Assembly (NCBI RefSeq): GCF_051097895.1
Contig: NZ_CP142525.1
Span: forward strand, 510,001 to 542,000
Reading direction: 5' to 3'
DNA: 32,000 bases
Source: Psychrobacter sp. HD31
Lineage (GTDB): Bacteria; Pseudomonadota; Gammaproteobacteria; Pseudomonadales; Moraxellaceae
The notes below the pieces were generated by a model. The model made no database searches. It was not told the DNA's origin and was given only the letters and a program-made list of their open reading frames with translations. This document shows positions 8,342 to 17,621 of this stretch, piece after piece; the stretch's first letter is position 1; every line of letters begins with the position of its first letter. The position numbers and the translations under genes were made by a program.

Positions 8342-11029
8342 ATGAAATATTATAAAGATAATGACAGTACCGAAACTCAAGAATGGCAAGATGCGTTTGA
8401 GTCTGTATTAAAAAATGCAGGCGGCAAGCGTGGTGAGTTTATTTTAAAGGTATTGTATGATATGGCTGTGCAAGAAGGATTGCCAGTCAATCGTTTAGAA
8501 ACCGCTTATATCAATAGCATACCGCCTGAAGATGAGCCAAATTATCCGGGTGATTTACATTTAGAGCGTAAAATCCGTGCATTGGTTCGTTACAATGCAT
8601 TGGCAATGGTAATGCGTGCCAATAAAAATGATGATGACTTGGGTGGTCATTTGGCCTCATTTGCGTCAAGTGCAACACTTTATGAAACAGGTTTTAACCA
8701 TTTCTTCCGTGCGGCTACCGATGATTTTGGTGGTGATATGATTTATTACCAAGGTCATACTGCGCCAGGTATGTATTCTCGCTCGTTTTTAGAAGGTCGT
8801 TTAGACGAAAATCAATTATTAAACTTTAGACGAGAGGTTGATGGTAAAGGTTTATCTAGCTATCCTCATCCTTACTTAATGCCGGATTATTGGCAGTTCC
8901 CAACGGTATCAATGGGCTTAGGTCCTATCATGTCTATTTATAACGCACATATTCAGCGTTATTTAACCAACCGTGGCTTATTAAAAGATCAAGACCGTAA
9001 AATTTGGGCATTTTTGGGCGATGGTGAAACCGATGAACCAGAAAGCTTAGGTGCAATCTCGCTTGCAGGGCGAGAAAAACTAGACAACCTGATTTGGGTG
9101 GTTAACTGTAACTTACAACGTCTTGATGGTCCAGTACGTGGTAACGGTAAGATTATTCAGGAGCTTGAATCTGTATTCCGTGGTGCAGGATGGCGTGTTA
9201 TTAAAGTTCTTTGGGGTACAGGTTGGGATAAACTTTTAGCCAAAGACCATACAGGGGCACTAAAACGCCGTATGCTAGAAGCGGTAGATGGCGAATATCA
9301 GATATTTAAAGCACGTGATGGCGCTTATGTGCGTGAGCATTTCTTTGGTAAGTATCCAGAACTTGCTGAGATGGTTGCACATATGAGTGATGATGAAATT
9401 TATAAGTTAACACGTGGTGGTCACGATACGCTAAAAGTTTTCTCTGCTTATAGTGAAGCAATGAAGCAAACGGGTCAGCCAACTGTCATCTTAGCAAAAA
9501 CTGTCAAAGGTTATGGGCTATCACAACAAGCACAGGCAGTTAACAAAACGCATGGTATTAAAAAGCTAGACTATGATTCGTTGGTTTACTTCCGTGATCG
9601 CTTTGATTTGCCATTTAGTGACGAGCAGTTAGAAACATTGCCATTTTATCGTCCTGCAGAAGATTCAGCAGAGATGAAGTATCTAAAAGCACGCAGAGAA
9701 TCATTAGGCGGTTATCTGCCAGCTCGCCGTATGCAAAGTGAAACCTTGCAAATACCAGAGCTGTCTGTATTTGATAAAGTGTTAGAGGGCAGCCACGGCA
9801 AAGCACAATCTACCACGATGGTATTTGTACGTCTTTTATCTTCATTACTACGTGACCAAAACATCCGTGATCGTGTTGTACCAATTGTGCCAGATGAAGC
9901 ACGCACCTTTGGCTTAGAAGGTATGTTTAAACAACTGGGTATTTATTCAGTTAATGGACAAACCTACACTGCCGAAGACAGCGAAGCGTTAATGGGCTAC
10001 CGCGAGGCAATTGACGGGCATATGCTAGAAGAAGGCATCAATGAAGCCGGTGCAATGAGTTCTTGGATTGCATTAGCAACCAGTTATTCAAACAACAACT
10101 TGCCAATGATCCCAATGTATATTTATTACTCTATGTTTGGTTTCCAACGTATTGGTGATTTAGCTTGGGCGGCAGGTGACTCTCAAGGGCAAGGCTTCTT
10201 GTTTGGGGCAACAGCGGGTAGAACCACACTAAATGGTGAAGGTTTACAGCACCAAGATGGTCATTCGCACGTACACTTTGGTACTGTACCAAACTGTGTC
10301 ACTTATGATCCATGCTATGGTTATGAGCTTGCTGTTATTATCCAAGATGGTTTACGCCGCATGTATGCAGAGCATGAGCGTGTTTACTACTACATCACCT
10401 TGATGAATGAAAACTATGAGCATCCAGAAATGCCAGCAGATTGTGAAGAAGGCATTAAGCGTGGTATGTATCTATTAACTGATAACGGCTCAACTCAAGT
10501 TCAATTACTCGGTTCTGGTGTTATTTTACGCGAAGTAGAAAAAGCGGCAGAAATCTTAAAAGATGACTACAACATTGCTGCAAACGTTTGGAGTGTTACC
10601 AGCTTTAATGAGTTAGCACGTGAAGGTATGGAGTGTGAAGAATACAACCGCTTACACCCTGCAGAAGACGAGAAAACACCTTGGGTTACTGAACAACTAG
10701 CGCAGCATAACGGTATTGTGGTTGCAGCGACTGATTATGTACGTAGCCATTCAGAGCAAATCCGTGGTTGGTTACCAGATAACCGCCCATACACAACCCT
10801 TGGTACAGATGGCTATGGACGTTCTGACAGCCGTGAAAAACTACGTAGTTTCTTTAACATCAATGCAGCGCATATTGTTGTAGCAACCCTTAAAAAGCTT
10901 GCAGATGAAGGTGAAATGGATGCATTAATTGTACAAAAGGCGATTGATAAGTTTGGCATTAATGCAGCCCAAACACCCGCTTGGCGCCCACAACCACAAA
11001 ACCAATCTCATGTGAAAGACGTAAAATAA
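8342..11029 (+). CDS. aceE: Pyruvate dehydrogenase E1 component (homodimeric type)
   Basis: 895 aa. ThDP motif GDGETDEPES..NCNLQRLDG. Similar to E. coli AceE across the protein, and followed by aceF. Confidence 0.97.
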   Translation: MKYYKDNDSTETQEWQDAFESVLKNAGGKRGEFILKVLYDMAVQEGLPVNRLETAYINSIPPEDEPNYPGDLHLERKIRALVRYNALAMVMRANKNDDDLGGHLASFASSATLYETGFNHFFRAATDDFGGDMIYYQGHTAPGMYSRSFLEGRLDENQLLNFRREVDGKGLSSYPHPYLMPDYWQFPTVSMGLGPIMSIYNAHIQRYLTNRGLLKDQDRKIWAFLGDGETDEPESLGAISLAGREKLDNLIWVVNCNLQRLDGPVRGNGKIIQELESVFRGAGWRVIKVLWGTGWDKLLAKDHTGALKRRMLEAVDGEYQIFKARDGAYVREHFFGKYPELAEMVAHMSDDEIYKLTRGGHDTLKVFSAYSEAMKQTGQPTVILAKTVKGYGLSQQAQAVNKTHGIKKLDYDSLVYFRDRFDLPFSDEQLETLPFYRPAEDSAEMKYLKARRESLGGYLPARRMQSETLQIPELSVFDKVLEGSHGKAQSTTMVFVRLLSSLLRDQNIRDRVVPIVPDEARTFGLEGMFKQLGIYSVNGQTYTAEDSEALMGYREAIDGHMLEEGINEAGAMSSWIALATSYSNNNLPMIPMYIYYSMFGFQRIGDLAWAAGDSQGQGFLFGATAGRTTLNGEGLQHQDGHSHVHFGTVPNCVTYDPCYGYELAVIIQDGLRRMYAEHERVYYYITLMNENYEHPEMPADCEEGIKRGMYLLTDNGSTQVQLLGSGVILREVEKAAEILKDDYNIAANVWSVTSFNELAREGMECEEYNRLHPAEDEKTPWVTEQLAQHNGIVVAATDYVRSHSEQIRGWLPDNRPYTTLGTDGYGRSDSREKLRSFFNINAAHIVVATLKKLADEGEMDALIVQKAIDKFGINAAQTPAWRPQPQNQSHVKDVK

Positions 11030-11048
11030 GAAATATTGGAGAATATTA

Positions 11049-12716
11049 ATGGAAATTAAAACCCCAGATTTGGGCGTAGATAGTGCTGAAGTCAGCGAAA
11101 TTATGGTAAACGTTGGGGACGTTATTAACAAAGATGACAATATCGTTTTACTAGAGTCAGACAAAGCATCTGTAGAGGTGCCAAGTTCGGCTGCTGGTAC
11201 GGTTAAAAGCATTTTGGTATCTGTTGGTGATACCGTTAGTGAAGGTGTTGTTTTACTGGATATTGAAGCGGGTGAAACCGCTCAGCCTGATGAAACAGTT
11301 GCAGATGAGGCACCAAAGCAAGTAGAAACTACTGAACAACCAGCGAACGTAGAGCAAACTGAAGCGCCAGTAGCAAATGCATCGGCTGCGGAAGTGACGC
11401 ATGCATTGCCTGATTTGGGTGTTGATGAAGCAGAAGTTGCCGAAATTATGGTTAAAGAGGGCGATTTGGTTGAAGCAGAGCAATCTATTTTATTGGTTGA
11501 ATCTGATAAAGCCTCTGTTGAAGTGCCAGCACCAGCATCGGGTAAAGTGGTTAAACTACTTGTCAATGCAGGCGATACCGTAAGCAATGGTCAAGCATTT
11601 ATTGTTATAGAAGGCGCTGCATCAAGTGGTGCGCAAGCAAGCACTGAACCAGCGCAAGTAACTCAAGAGCCTAAAACAGCTACGGTACAAAACACACAAG
11701 CGACCACTAGCCAACAACAAAGCACAACAGCTAATACCAGTGCGGATACTGGCTCTGCCAAATTGACAGAAGAGCAAGTTAACGCCAAGTTAGCCGAAGT
11801 GTATGCAGGACCTGCTGTGCGTAAGCTTGCTAGACAATTGGGCGTAGATGTGACGCAAGTAACAGGCAGCGGTAAAAATAATCGTGTTCAAAAAGACGAT
11901 TTATTTGCGTTTGTTAAGCAACGCATGCAGCAGCCTGTTGCTCAAAAAACAGCTGCTTCTGGTGTGTCGGCAACCTTGCCTACACTGCCTGATATGAGTA
12001 AAACTGAGCTTTGGGGCGAAATTGAGCGCATGCCGTTATCGCGCTTACAAAAAGTATCAATCCCTCAGCTTAATTACAATACGCTTATTCCTCAGGTTAC
12101 ACAGTTTGATGCTTCTGATATCACTGAAACTGAGAAATTCCGTGGCTCATTAAAAGCACAGTATAAAGCAGAAGGTATTAGCCTAACAATTTTATCTTTT
12201 ATTATTAAAGTAACGGCACATGCATTGCTAAAATTCCCTAAATTTAATAGCCACTTAAGTGATGATAATACTGAGTTATTATTGCGTAAAACGGTTAATA
12301 TGGGTATTGCCGTTGCAACAGATAATGGTTTGATTGTACCTGTAATTAAAAATGCACAGGATAAGAGCATCCGTGAAATTTCTATTGAAGTTGGTGAGCT
12401 TGCGAAAAAAGCGCGCGATAATAAACTAACGCCTAAAGATATTACTGGTGCAAGTTTTACAATCTCATCATTAGGTAATATGGGTGGTTCGGCATTTACT
12501 CCGTTAGTTACTTGGCCTCAAGTGGGTATTTTAGGTATTTCTGATGCCAGTATGCAGCCTCGTTGGAATGCTGCATCAAATGAGTTTGAACCACGTTTAA
12601 TGCTCCCATTATCTATGTCTTATGACCACCGTGTGATTAACGGCGCTGATGCTGCTATATTCACCCGTTACGTTGCAAATGTTTTAGCAGACCCTCGTAA
12701 AGTATTGTTGGACTAA
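11049..12716 (+). CDS. aceF: Dihydrolipoyllysine-residue acetyltransferase (PDH E2) with two lipoyl domains
   Basis: Two lipoyl domains with the ESDKAS lipoyl-lysine motif (DNA about 11049-11270 and 11395-11615), A/P/Q/T-rich linkers, a peripheral subunit-binding domain (PAVRKLARQLGVD) and a catalytic domain with DHRVINGA. Confidence 0.96.
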   Translation: MEIKTPDLGVDSAEVSEIMVNVGDVINKDDNIVLLESDKASVEVPSSAAGTVKSILVSVGDTVSEGVVLLDIEAGETAQPDETVADEAPKQVETTEQPANVEQTEAPVANASAAEVTHALPDLGVDEAEVAEIMVKEGDLVEAEQSILLVESDKASVEVPAPASGKVVKLLVNAGDTVSNGQAFIVIEGAASSGAQASTEPAQVTQEPKTATVQNTQATTSQQQSTTANTSADTGSAKLTEEQVNAKLAEVYAGPAVRKLARQLGVDVTQVTGSGKNNRVQKDDLFAFVKQRMQQPVAQKTAASGVSATLPTLPDMSKTELWGEIERMPLSRLQKVSIPQLNYNTLIPQVTQFDASDITETEKFRGSLKAQYKAEGISLTILSFIIKVTAHALLKFPKFNSHLSDDNTELLLRKTVNMGIAVATDNGLIVPVIKNAQDKSIREISIEVGELAKKARDNKLTPKDITGASFTISSLGNMGGSAFTPLVTWPQVGILGISDASMQPRWNAASNEFEPRLMLPLSMSYDHRVINGADAAIFTRYVANVLADPRKVLLD

Positions 12717-12744
12717 CAATATCAGCGAAATATAGTTCAACTTT

Positions 12745-12777
12745 AAAAAAAGATGGGTTTTTAAGCCCATCTTTTTT
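12745..12777 (+). terminator. Rho-independent terminator after aceF
   Basis: AAAAAAAGATGGG (12745-12757) / CCCATCTTTTTT (12766-12777). Confidence 0.75.
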
Positions 12778-12800
12778 ATTGATTACTTTTTTATTGATTA
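12771..12800. repeat. Perfect 15-bp tandem duplication (CTTTTTTATTGATTA x2)
   Basis: 12771-12785 and 12786-12800 are identical. The first copy overlaps the T-tract of the aceF terminator. Confidence 0.9.
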
Positions 12801-12864
12801 ATTGCTAACTAACCTCATATACCACTTATAATATCTCAATAATTAATGACGCTATAAAAATTTA

Positions 12865-15800
12865 ATGAAATCTCCACAACTGCCATTAGTGCTGGCAAAA
12901 GATCGCTACTATCTACTCCAGCAAGCCAAAAGACTCTCGCAAAACCCAGCGGGGGATGATGCACAAAAACAACAGCAAAAATTTTACAAACGATTAGAAG
13001 CCTCTACAAATTCGGTAGAAGAGCGAAAAAACAGTGTGCCAGTTATTCAGCTTAATGAAGACTTGCCTGTAAGCCAAAAAAGTGACGCATTAATTAAAGC
13101 CATACAACAAAATCAAGTTATTATTGTGGCAGGGGAAACTGGCAGCGGTAAAACAACACAACTGCCTAAAATTGCTTTATTAGCTGGTAGAGGTTTGACA
13201 GGGCAAATAGGGCATACCCAACCAAGGCGGTTAGCGGCAAGGAGTGTTTCTACCCGAATCGCAGAAGAACTTGGCGAGCCATTAGGGCAAACGGTTAGCT
13301 ATAAAGTTAGGTTTAATGAGCAGGGCAGCCCTAAGTCGTTAATTAAATTAATGACAGATGGTATCTTACTTGCCGAACTTGGGCATGATAAATTTTTGTC
13401 TCGTTATGACACGATTATCATTGATGAAGCACATGAACGCAGCTTAAATATTGACTTTATTTTAGGTTACCTTAAAAACCTATTACCAAAACGTCCAGAT
13501 TTAAAAGTTATTATTACTTCAGCAACCTTAGATACCGAGCGATTTAGTAAATATTTTTCTCGATATAACCGTAAGACTAAACAATCCATCCCTGCACCTG
13601 TGTTTAATGTTGACGGTCGTAGTTATCCTGTCGAGGTGCGATACCGTCCACTAACGGATGCACCTGTAACCAGCAGTGATGATGATAGTTTTGATGATTT
13701 TGAAGACAATTTGCCACGAGCCGTAGTTGCTGCTGCACAAGAATGCTTTGACGATGCTCAAACAAACGGGCATCCAGAACAAGCCGATATTTTAGTATTT
13801 GCAGCCACTGAAGCAGAAATTAGAGATTTGCAAGAAGTGTTAGAAAAACATGCCTTTAGGCATACCCAAGTTTTACCACTTTATGCCAGACAAACCTTTG
13901 CAGAACAGCAACGTATTTTTAGCCCCTCTAATAAAGGTAGGCGAATCATCATCGCGACCAATGTCGCCGAAACAGCATTAACTGTACCAAATATCCGTTA
14001 CGTGATTGATTTGGGTTTTGCGCGTATCTCACGTTATAACTACCGCTCTCGTGTGCAAAGATTACCGATTGAAGCAATTAGCCAAGCCGCTGCAAACCAA
14101 AGAAAAGGGCGTTGTGGGCGTATTGCTGCGGGTGTTTGTATTCGTCTTTATAGTGAGGAGGACTTTGCAAGTAGACCAGAGTTTACTGAACCCGAAATTT
14201 TAAGAACAAACCTTGCTTCCGTTATGCTACAAATGGCGCATTTGCGTATTGGTAGCGTAGAAGACTTTGATTTTATTGAACCACCAGATAGTCGATTGGT
14301 AAAAGATGGGGCAAAACTTTTAGAGGAGTTAGGCGCATTAAGCAAAAACAAGGGTAATAATAAGTTAGCTAATAAAAACAGCCATAAAAATAAAACCAAA
14401 CCAAGTTATGCCAAAAATAAGCCAGCACGTAATCAAATGCAACTTAGCAATGTTGGTCAAAAAATGGCACGTATGCCAATTGATCCAAGGCTTGCACGTA
14501 TGCTAATAGCCGGTAATGATTTTGATTGTTTGCAAGATATGTTGGTGATTGTATCTGCACTGGCAGTGCAAGACCCAAGAGAACGCCCTCATGAAAAACG
14601 CACCCAAGCAGACCAAAAGCATGCACTATTTAAAAAGGATGATTCTGATTTTTTATTTTACTTAAGCCTTTGGCAAGCAATTTATGGCACCGATGAACAA
14701 GGTGTAAAACTGTCTAGTAACCAACGTCGTCAATTTGCTAAAAAACATTATTTAAGTTTTCCTAGAATAAGAGAGTGGCAAAAAACTTATCAGCAACTGG
14801 TTCAGATGGTCGAAGATATGGGGCTCACAGGTTTATCTGTTAAAAATAACAAAGCAAATAAAAATAAAGGGCAAACCAAACAGGCTAAACAACGCTTGTC
14901 GCTAAATAATGGCTTATCAAATAAACAAAATAAAAACTCGTTAAGCCGAGCAATGAGTAACGCACTGGATAAAAAAAATAAAGAGCATAATACCAGTCAT
15001 CAGCAAAGCGATAAATATGCTAACTTACATCGTGCATTGCTAACAGGGTTGTTATCTTTTATTGCACACAAAGGGGATGAACGTGGGCAATATTTAGCAA
15101 CTAGGCAGCAAAAAACAAAGATATTTCCTTCCAGCACTTTGTTTAAAAGTTCACCAAATTGGGTAATGAGTTTTGAAATTGTTGAAACGTCGCAAGTATT
15201 CATGCGGACATTAGCAAAAATTGAGCCAGAATGGATTATCTCTGCTGCAAATGGCTTGCTTAAATATCATTACTTTGAACCGCATTGGTCTAAAAAAACA
15301 GGGCGTGTGCGTGCGTATGCTCAAATTAGCTTATTTGGTTTAACCGTGGTTGCAAAACAGCTTTGTAATTATGAACAAGTTAATATGTCAGAAGCTCGTG
15401 AAATTTTTATCCGTGATGGCTTGGTAACGGGTGAACTCGGTTACGAAGCGAAAGGGCGCAAAGCACCATTTTTGCAAAATAATATGGACAAAATAGCCGA
15501 TGTGGAACGGATAGAAGAAAAATTACGTCGTCGTGATTTGTTGGTTGATGAAGAGGCACTTTATCAGTTTTATGACAACAAAATCCCTGCGCATATTGCC
15601 AGCCGAAAGGCATTTGAAGACTGGCGTGCCGAAGTTGAAACAACTAATAATCAATATTTATTTTTTACAGATGAGGATGTATTAACGCAAGCAGCACCTA
15701 CAACGGGTGATTTCCCTGAGGTGTGGAAACTAGGTAACTTAAAACTGCCACTTAGCTATGTATTTGATCCAGCCAATGAAGACGATGGCGTTAGCATTAG

Positions 15801-17097
15801 AGTGCCTTTGCTTGCCTTACCTCAACTTGATTCTGTAGAGCTTTTATGGGGTATTGCTGGTTGGCGTTATGAGCTTGTATTACAACTTTTAAAAACGTTA
15901 CCAAAAGAGATACGCAGACAAATAGTACCCATACCAGATACGGCAGACAAACTATTTGATGAGTTGGAAAGAAACCATCAACAAGGCTTACTCAAACAGC
16001 TTTGTGAAGCTTTAAATAAAAAAGGCGTGGTAGGGGTAGAACCAAAACATTTTGATCCAGGCAAAGTAGATAATTATTTACAGCCACAAATTTGTGTGGT
16101 GGATGATAAAAACCGACTGATTGAAAAAGGACGCGACTTAGCAACTTTACAAGCACGTCATGCCATCAAAACAAGCCAAGCCATACAAGAGCAGCAGGGG
16201 CTACATCATGAGTTTCCCCCATATTTTAAGTTTAGTAAAAATAGGCATAGTGCAGGGATTGTGATGCAGGAGTTTTCTGCTTTAGTAGCAGATGCGAAAG
16301 GGGATGCGGTTTCTATACACAAATTTACCGACTTAAATGCGGCAATAAAAGCGCATCGCATTGGTGTTTTAACTTTGATTAAAAACCAGCTGAGCGCAAA
16401 ACAAAAGCAGTTAACTGGGCAAATAGACAAAGCATTTAAATTAGCATTTGCACCACTAGGGCAACTTGATAAGTTAAAACAAATTGTGGTAGATGCAACG
16501 TTAGATGCCACTTTAAGCAAGCATTTTGTTGAGTTTGATCATACCAATATTTTGCCAGAAGTCGTTGATGGGCAAACTAAACAGTATGCGTGTGGGTTAC
16601 CACTAACACAAAATGAATATCAAGAAACCGAAAGCTTAGTTTTGTCACAATTTTTATTAGAAGGACAGCAAATCATAAAACTACTCAAACAGGTTTATAC
16701 TCGCTGGCAACGTATACGCCAAAGTTTGTTAATGCTTGATAGGGATGTTTTTGCTGAATCTATTGACGACATTGAAGATCAATTAGACGATTTGCATTTA
16801 GCAGACTTTGTATATCGCATGGATTATATAAACTGGCAGCAATATCCAAGGTATCTAGAAGCGCTTGAAATACGAATGGAGCGCTTAGTGCATAATCTTG
16901 ATAATGATTTAGATGCGGTTTATGAGCTAGATGTGCATATGGAGCGTTTAGCCCAAAGAGGCAATGACCCTAAAATTGCTGACTATCGTTGGCTTGTTGA
17001 AGAGTTTAGGATTCAATTATTTGCCCAGCCAATGAAAACAAAAGCCTCTGTTTCATCAAAACGTTTAGATAAACTTTGGTTAAAACTGACAAGTTAA
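12865..17097 (+). CDS. hrpA: ATP-dependent RNA helicase HrpA (DEAH-box), unusually long at 1410 aa
   Basis: Walker A GETGSGKTTQ, DEAH box IIIDEAHERS, and helicase C, HA2, OB and C-terminal HrpA-specific regions. Colinear with E. coli HrpA (about 1300 aa) except for K/N-rich insertions. Confidence 0.95.
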   Translation: MKSPQLPLVLAKDRYYLLQQAKRLSQNPAGDDAQKQQQKFYKRLEASTNSVEERKNSVPVIQLNEDLPVSQKSDALIKAIQQNQVIIVAGETGSGKTTQLPKIALLAGRGLTGQIGHTQPRRLAARSVSTRIAEELGEPLGQTVSYKVRFNEQGSPKSLIKLMTDGILLAELGHDKFLSRYDTIIIDEAHERSLNIDFILGYLKNLLPKRPDLKVIITSATLDTERFSKYFSRYNRKTKQSIPAPVFNVDGRSYPVEVRYRPLTDAPVTSSDDDSFDDFEDNLPRAVVAAAQECFDDAQTNGHPEQADILVFAATEAEIRDLQEVLEKHAFRHTQVLPLYARQTFAEQQRIFSPSNKGRRIIIATNVAETALTVPNIRYVIDLGFARISRYNYRSRVQRLPIEAISQAAANQRKGRCGRIAAGVCIRLYSEEDFASRPEFTEPEILRTNLASVMLQMAHLRIGSVEDFDFIEPPDSRLVKDGAKLLEELGALSKNKGNNKLANKNSHKNKTKPSYAKNKPARNQMQLSNVGQKMARMPIDPRLARMLIAGNDFDCLQDMLVIVSALAVQDPRERPHEKRTQADQKHALFKKDDSDFLFYLSLWQAIYGTDEQGVKLSSNQRRQFAKKHYLSFPRIREWQKTYQQLVQMVEDMGLTGLSVKNNKANKNKGQTKQAKQRLSLNNGLSNKQNKNSLSRAMSNALDKKNKEHNTSHQQSDKYANLHRALLTGLLSFIAHKGDERGQYLATRQQKTKIFPSSTLFKSSPNWVMSFEIVETSQVFMRTLAKIEPEWIISAANGLLKYHYFEPHWSKKTGRVRAYAQISLFGLTVVAKQLCNYEQVNMSEAREIFIRDGLVTGELGYEAKGRKAPFLQNNMDKIADVERIEEKLRRRDLLVDEEALYQFYDNKIPAHIASRKAFEDWRAEVETTNNQYLFFTDEDVLTQAAPTTGDFPEVWKLGNLKLPLSYVFDPANEDDGVSIRVPLLALPQLDSVELLWGIAGWRYELVLQLLKTLPKEIRRQIVPIPDTADKLFDELERNHQQGLLKQLCEALNKKGVVGVEPKHFDPGKVDNYLQPQICVVDDKNRLIEKGRDLATLQARHAIKTSQAIQEQQGLHHEFPPYFKFSKNRHSAGIVMQEFSALVADAKGDAVSIHKFTDLNAAIKAHRIGVLTLIKNQLSAKQKQLTGQIDKAFKLAFAPLGQLDKLKQIVVDATLDATLSKHFVEFDHTNILPEVVDGQTKQYACGLPLTQNEYQETESLVLSQFLLEGQQIIKLLKQVYTRWQRIRQSLLMLDRDVFAESIDDIEDQLDDLHLADFVYRMDYINWQQYPRYLEALEIRMERLVHNLDNDLDAVYELDVHMERLAQRGNDPKIADYRWLVEEFRIQLFAQPMKTKASVSSKRLDKLWLKLTS

Positions 17098-17249
17098 GAA
17101 GCAGCAGCAATAAGGATTTGTATTTTGTGAAACAAAGTGAAATTGGGTTTATTATTTTAAAAACATTTAGCGTCTTTTCTATTCTATTTTAATAACAAAA
17201 TGCCTGGAAATATGATGAATAAAGGGCTGGAAGAGTTTTCCTCTTTTTT

Positions 17250-17270
17250 TGTGGATAACTTTGTGGAAAA
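17250..17270 (-). promoter_or_regulatory. Tandem DnaA boxes (TTATCCACA and TTTTCCACA on the minus strand)
   Basis: Plus strand reads TGTGGATAA (17250-17258) and TGTGGAAAA (17262-17270), within the 12-bp tandem repeat TTTGTGGATAAC / TTTGTGGAAAAC. The first is the perfect high-affinity box and the second fits TTWTNCACA. Confidence 0.6.
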
Positions 17271-17356
17271 CATCAAATTTGGTAATCTAAGCGTGTGTAA
17301 ATATTGGGATGCGCCAAATTTGTTTAAAAGTTGCACATATTAAATAATATTATTTA

Positions 17357-17369
17357 TATCAATATCTTG
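17357..17369 (+). promoter_or_regulatory. Exact match to the IHF consensus WATCAANNNNTTR
   Basis: TATCAATATCTTG at 17357-17369, lying between the DnaA boxes in nearly pure A/T sequence. The consensus is degenerate and the region is AT-rich, so a chance match is plausible. Confidence 0.3.
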
Positions 17370-17470
17370 TAGAAATAAAGAATAATTGTTCTCAATTAAT
17401 TTTTAGTTTATTGTTCTTAACATTTAGTTATATTAAGTTTCACAATTTATCTATTAATTTTTTTTAAAAA

Positions 17471-17479
17471 TGTGGATAA
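17471..17479 (-). promoter_or_regulatory. DnaA box, perfect TTATCCACA
   Basis: Plus strand reads TGTGGATAA at 17471-17479, in the same orientation as the pair at 17250-17270 and about 140 nt upstream of the KAS III start. Confidence 0.6.
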
Positions 17480-17621
17480 GTTTACTCTTGTTGTGCTAAC
17501 AATAATAAATGTAACAAAACATTAGCAAATCATTTCAAAAAAGGGCATAATGAACATAATTTCATTTTTAGTACAAATGTTCACTAGCTTTAAAGTTGTG
17601 ACATAAAATTAAGGATTTATT

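Noticed and set aside
11049-11615. Internal DNA repeat of about 220 bp within aceF
   Set aside because: It corresponds to the two tandem lipoyl domains (both carry ESDKAS), a normal E2 domain duplication and not a mobile or intergenic repeat.
12717-12864. Missing lpd (E3) gene after aceE-aceF as an anomaly
   Set aside because: aceF is followed by a clean terminator and then hrpA. Many Gammaproteobacteria outside the enterics encode the shared dihydrolipoamide dehydrogenase elsewhere (e.g. with sucAB), so this is expected variation and not evidence of gene loss.
17200-17343. 47-codon ORF (MPGNMMNKGLEEFSSFFVDNFVENIKFGNLSVCKYWDAPNLFKSCTY), below the ORF-track length cutoff
   Set aside because: There is no Shine-Dalgarno before the ATG at 17200. 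The repeated FV(D/E)N is simply the translation of the tandem DnaA-box repeat. A terminator-like hairpin with a T-run (17230-17250) lies inside it, and no known family was recognised. Probably non-coding. Ribosome profiling or conservation with synonymous-site variation would be needed to revive it.
17098-17621. Chromosomal replication origin (oriC), suggested by DnaA boxes, an IHF site and an AT-rich tract
   Set aside because: Gene orientation does not switch here. The long upstream block (ung through hrpA, including the highly expressed rpsA and aceEF) and the downstream block (KAS III, prfA, lysS, dnaX) are both on the plus strand, so an origin here would put rpsA and aceEF head-on to a leftward fork. 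All boxes share one orientation, and there is no dnaA, dnaN, mnmG or rpmH nearby. Kept as a non-origin DnaA-box cluster. Cumulative GC skew on the whole genome would settle it.
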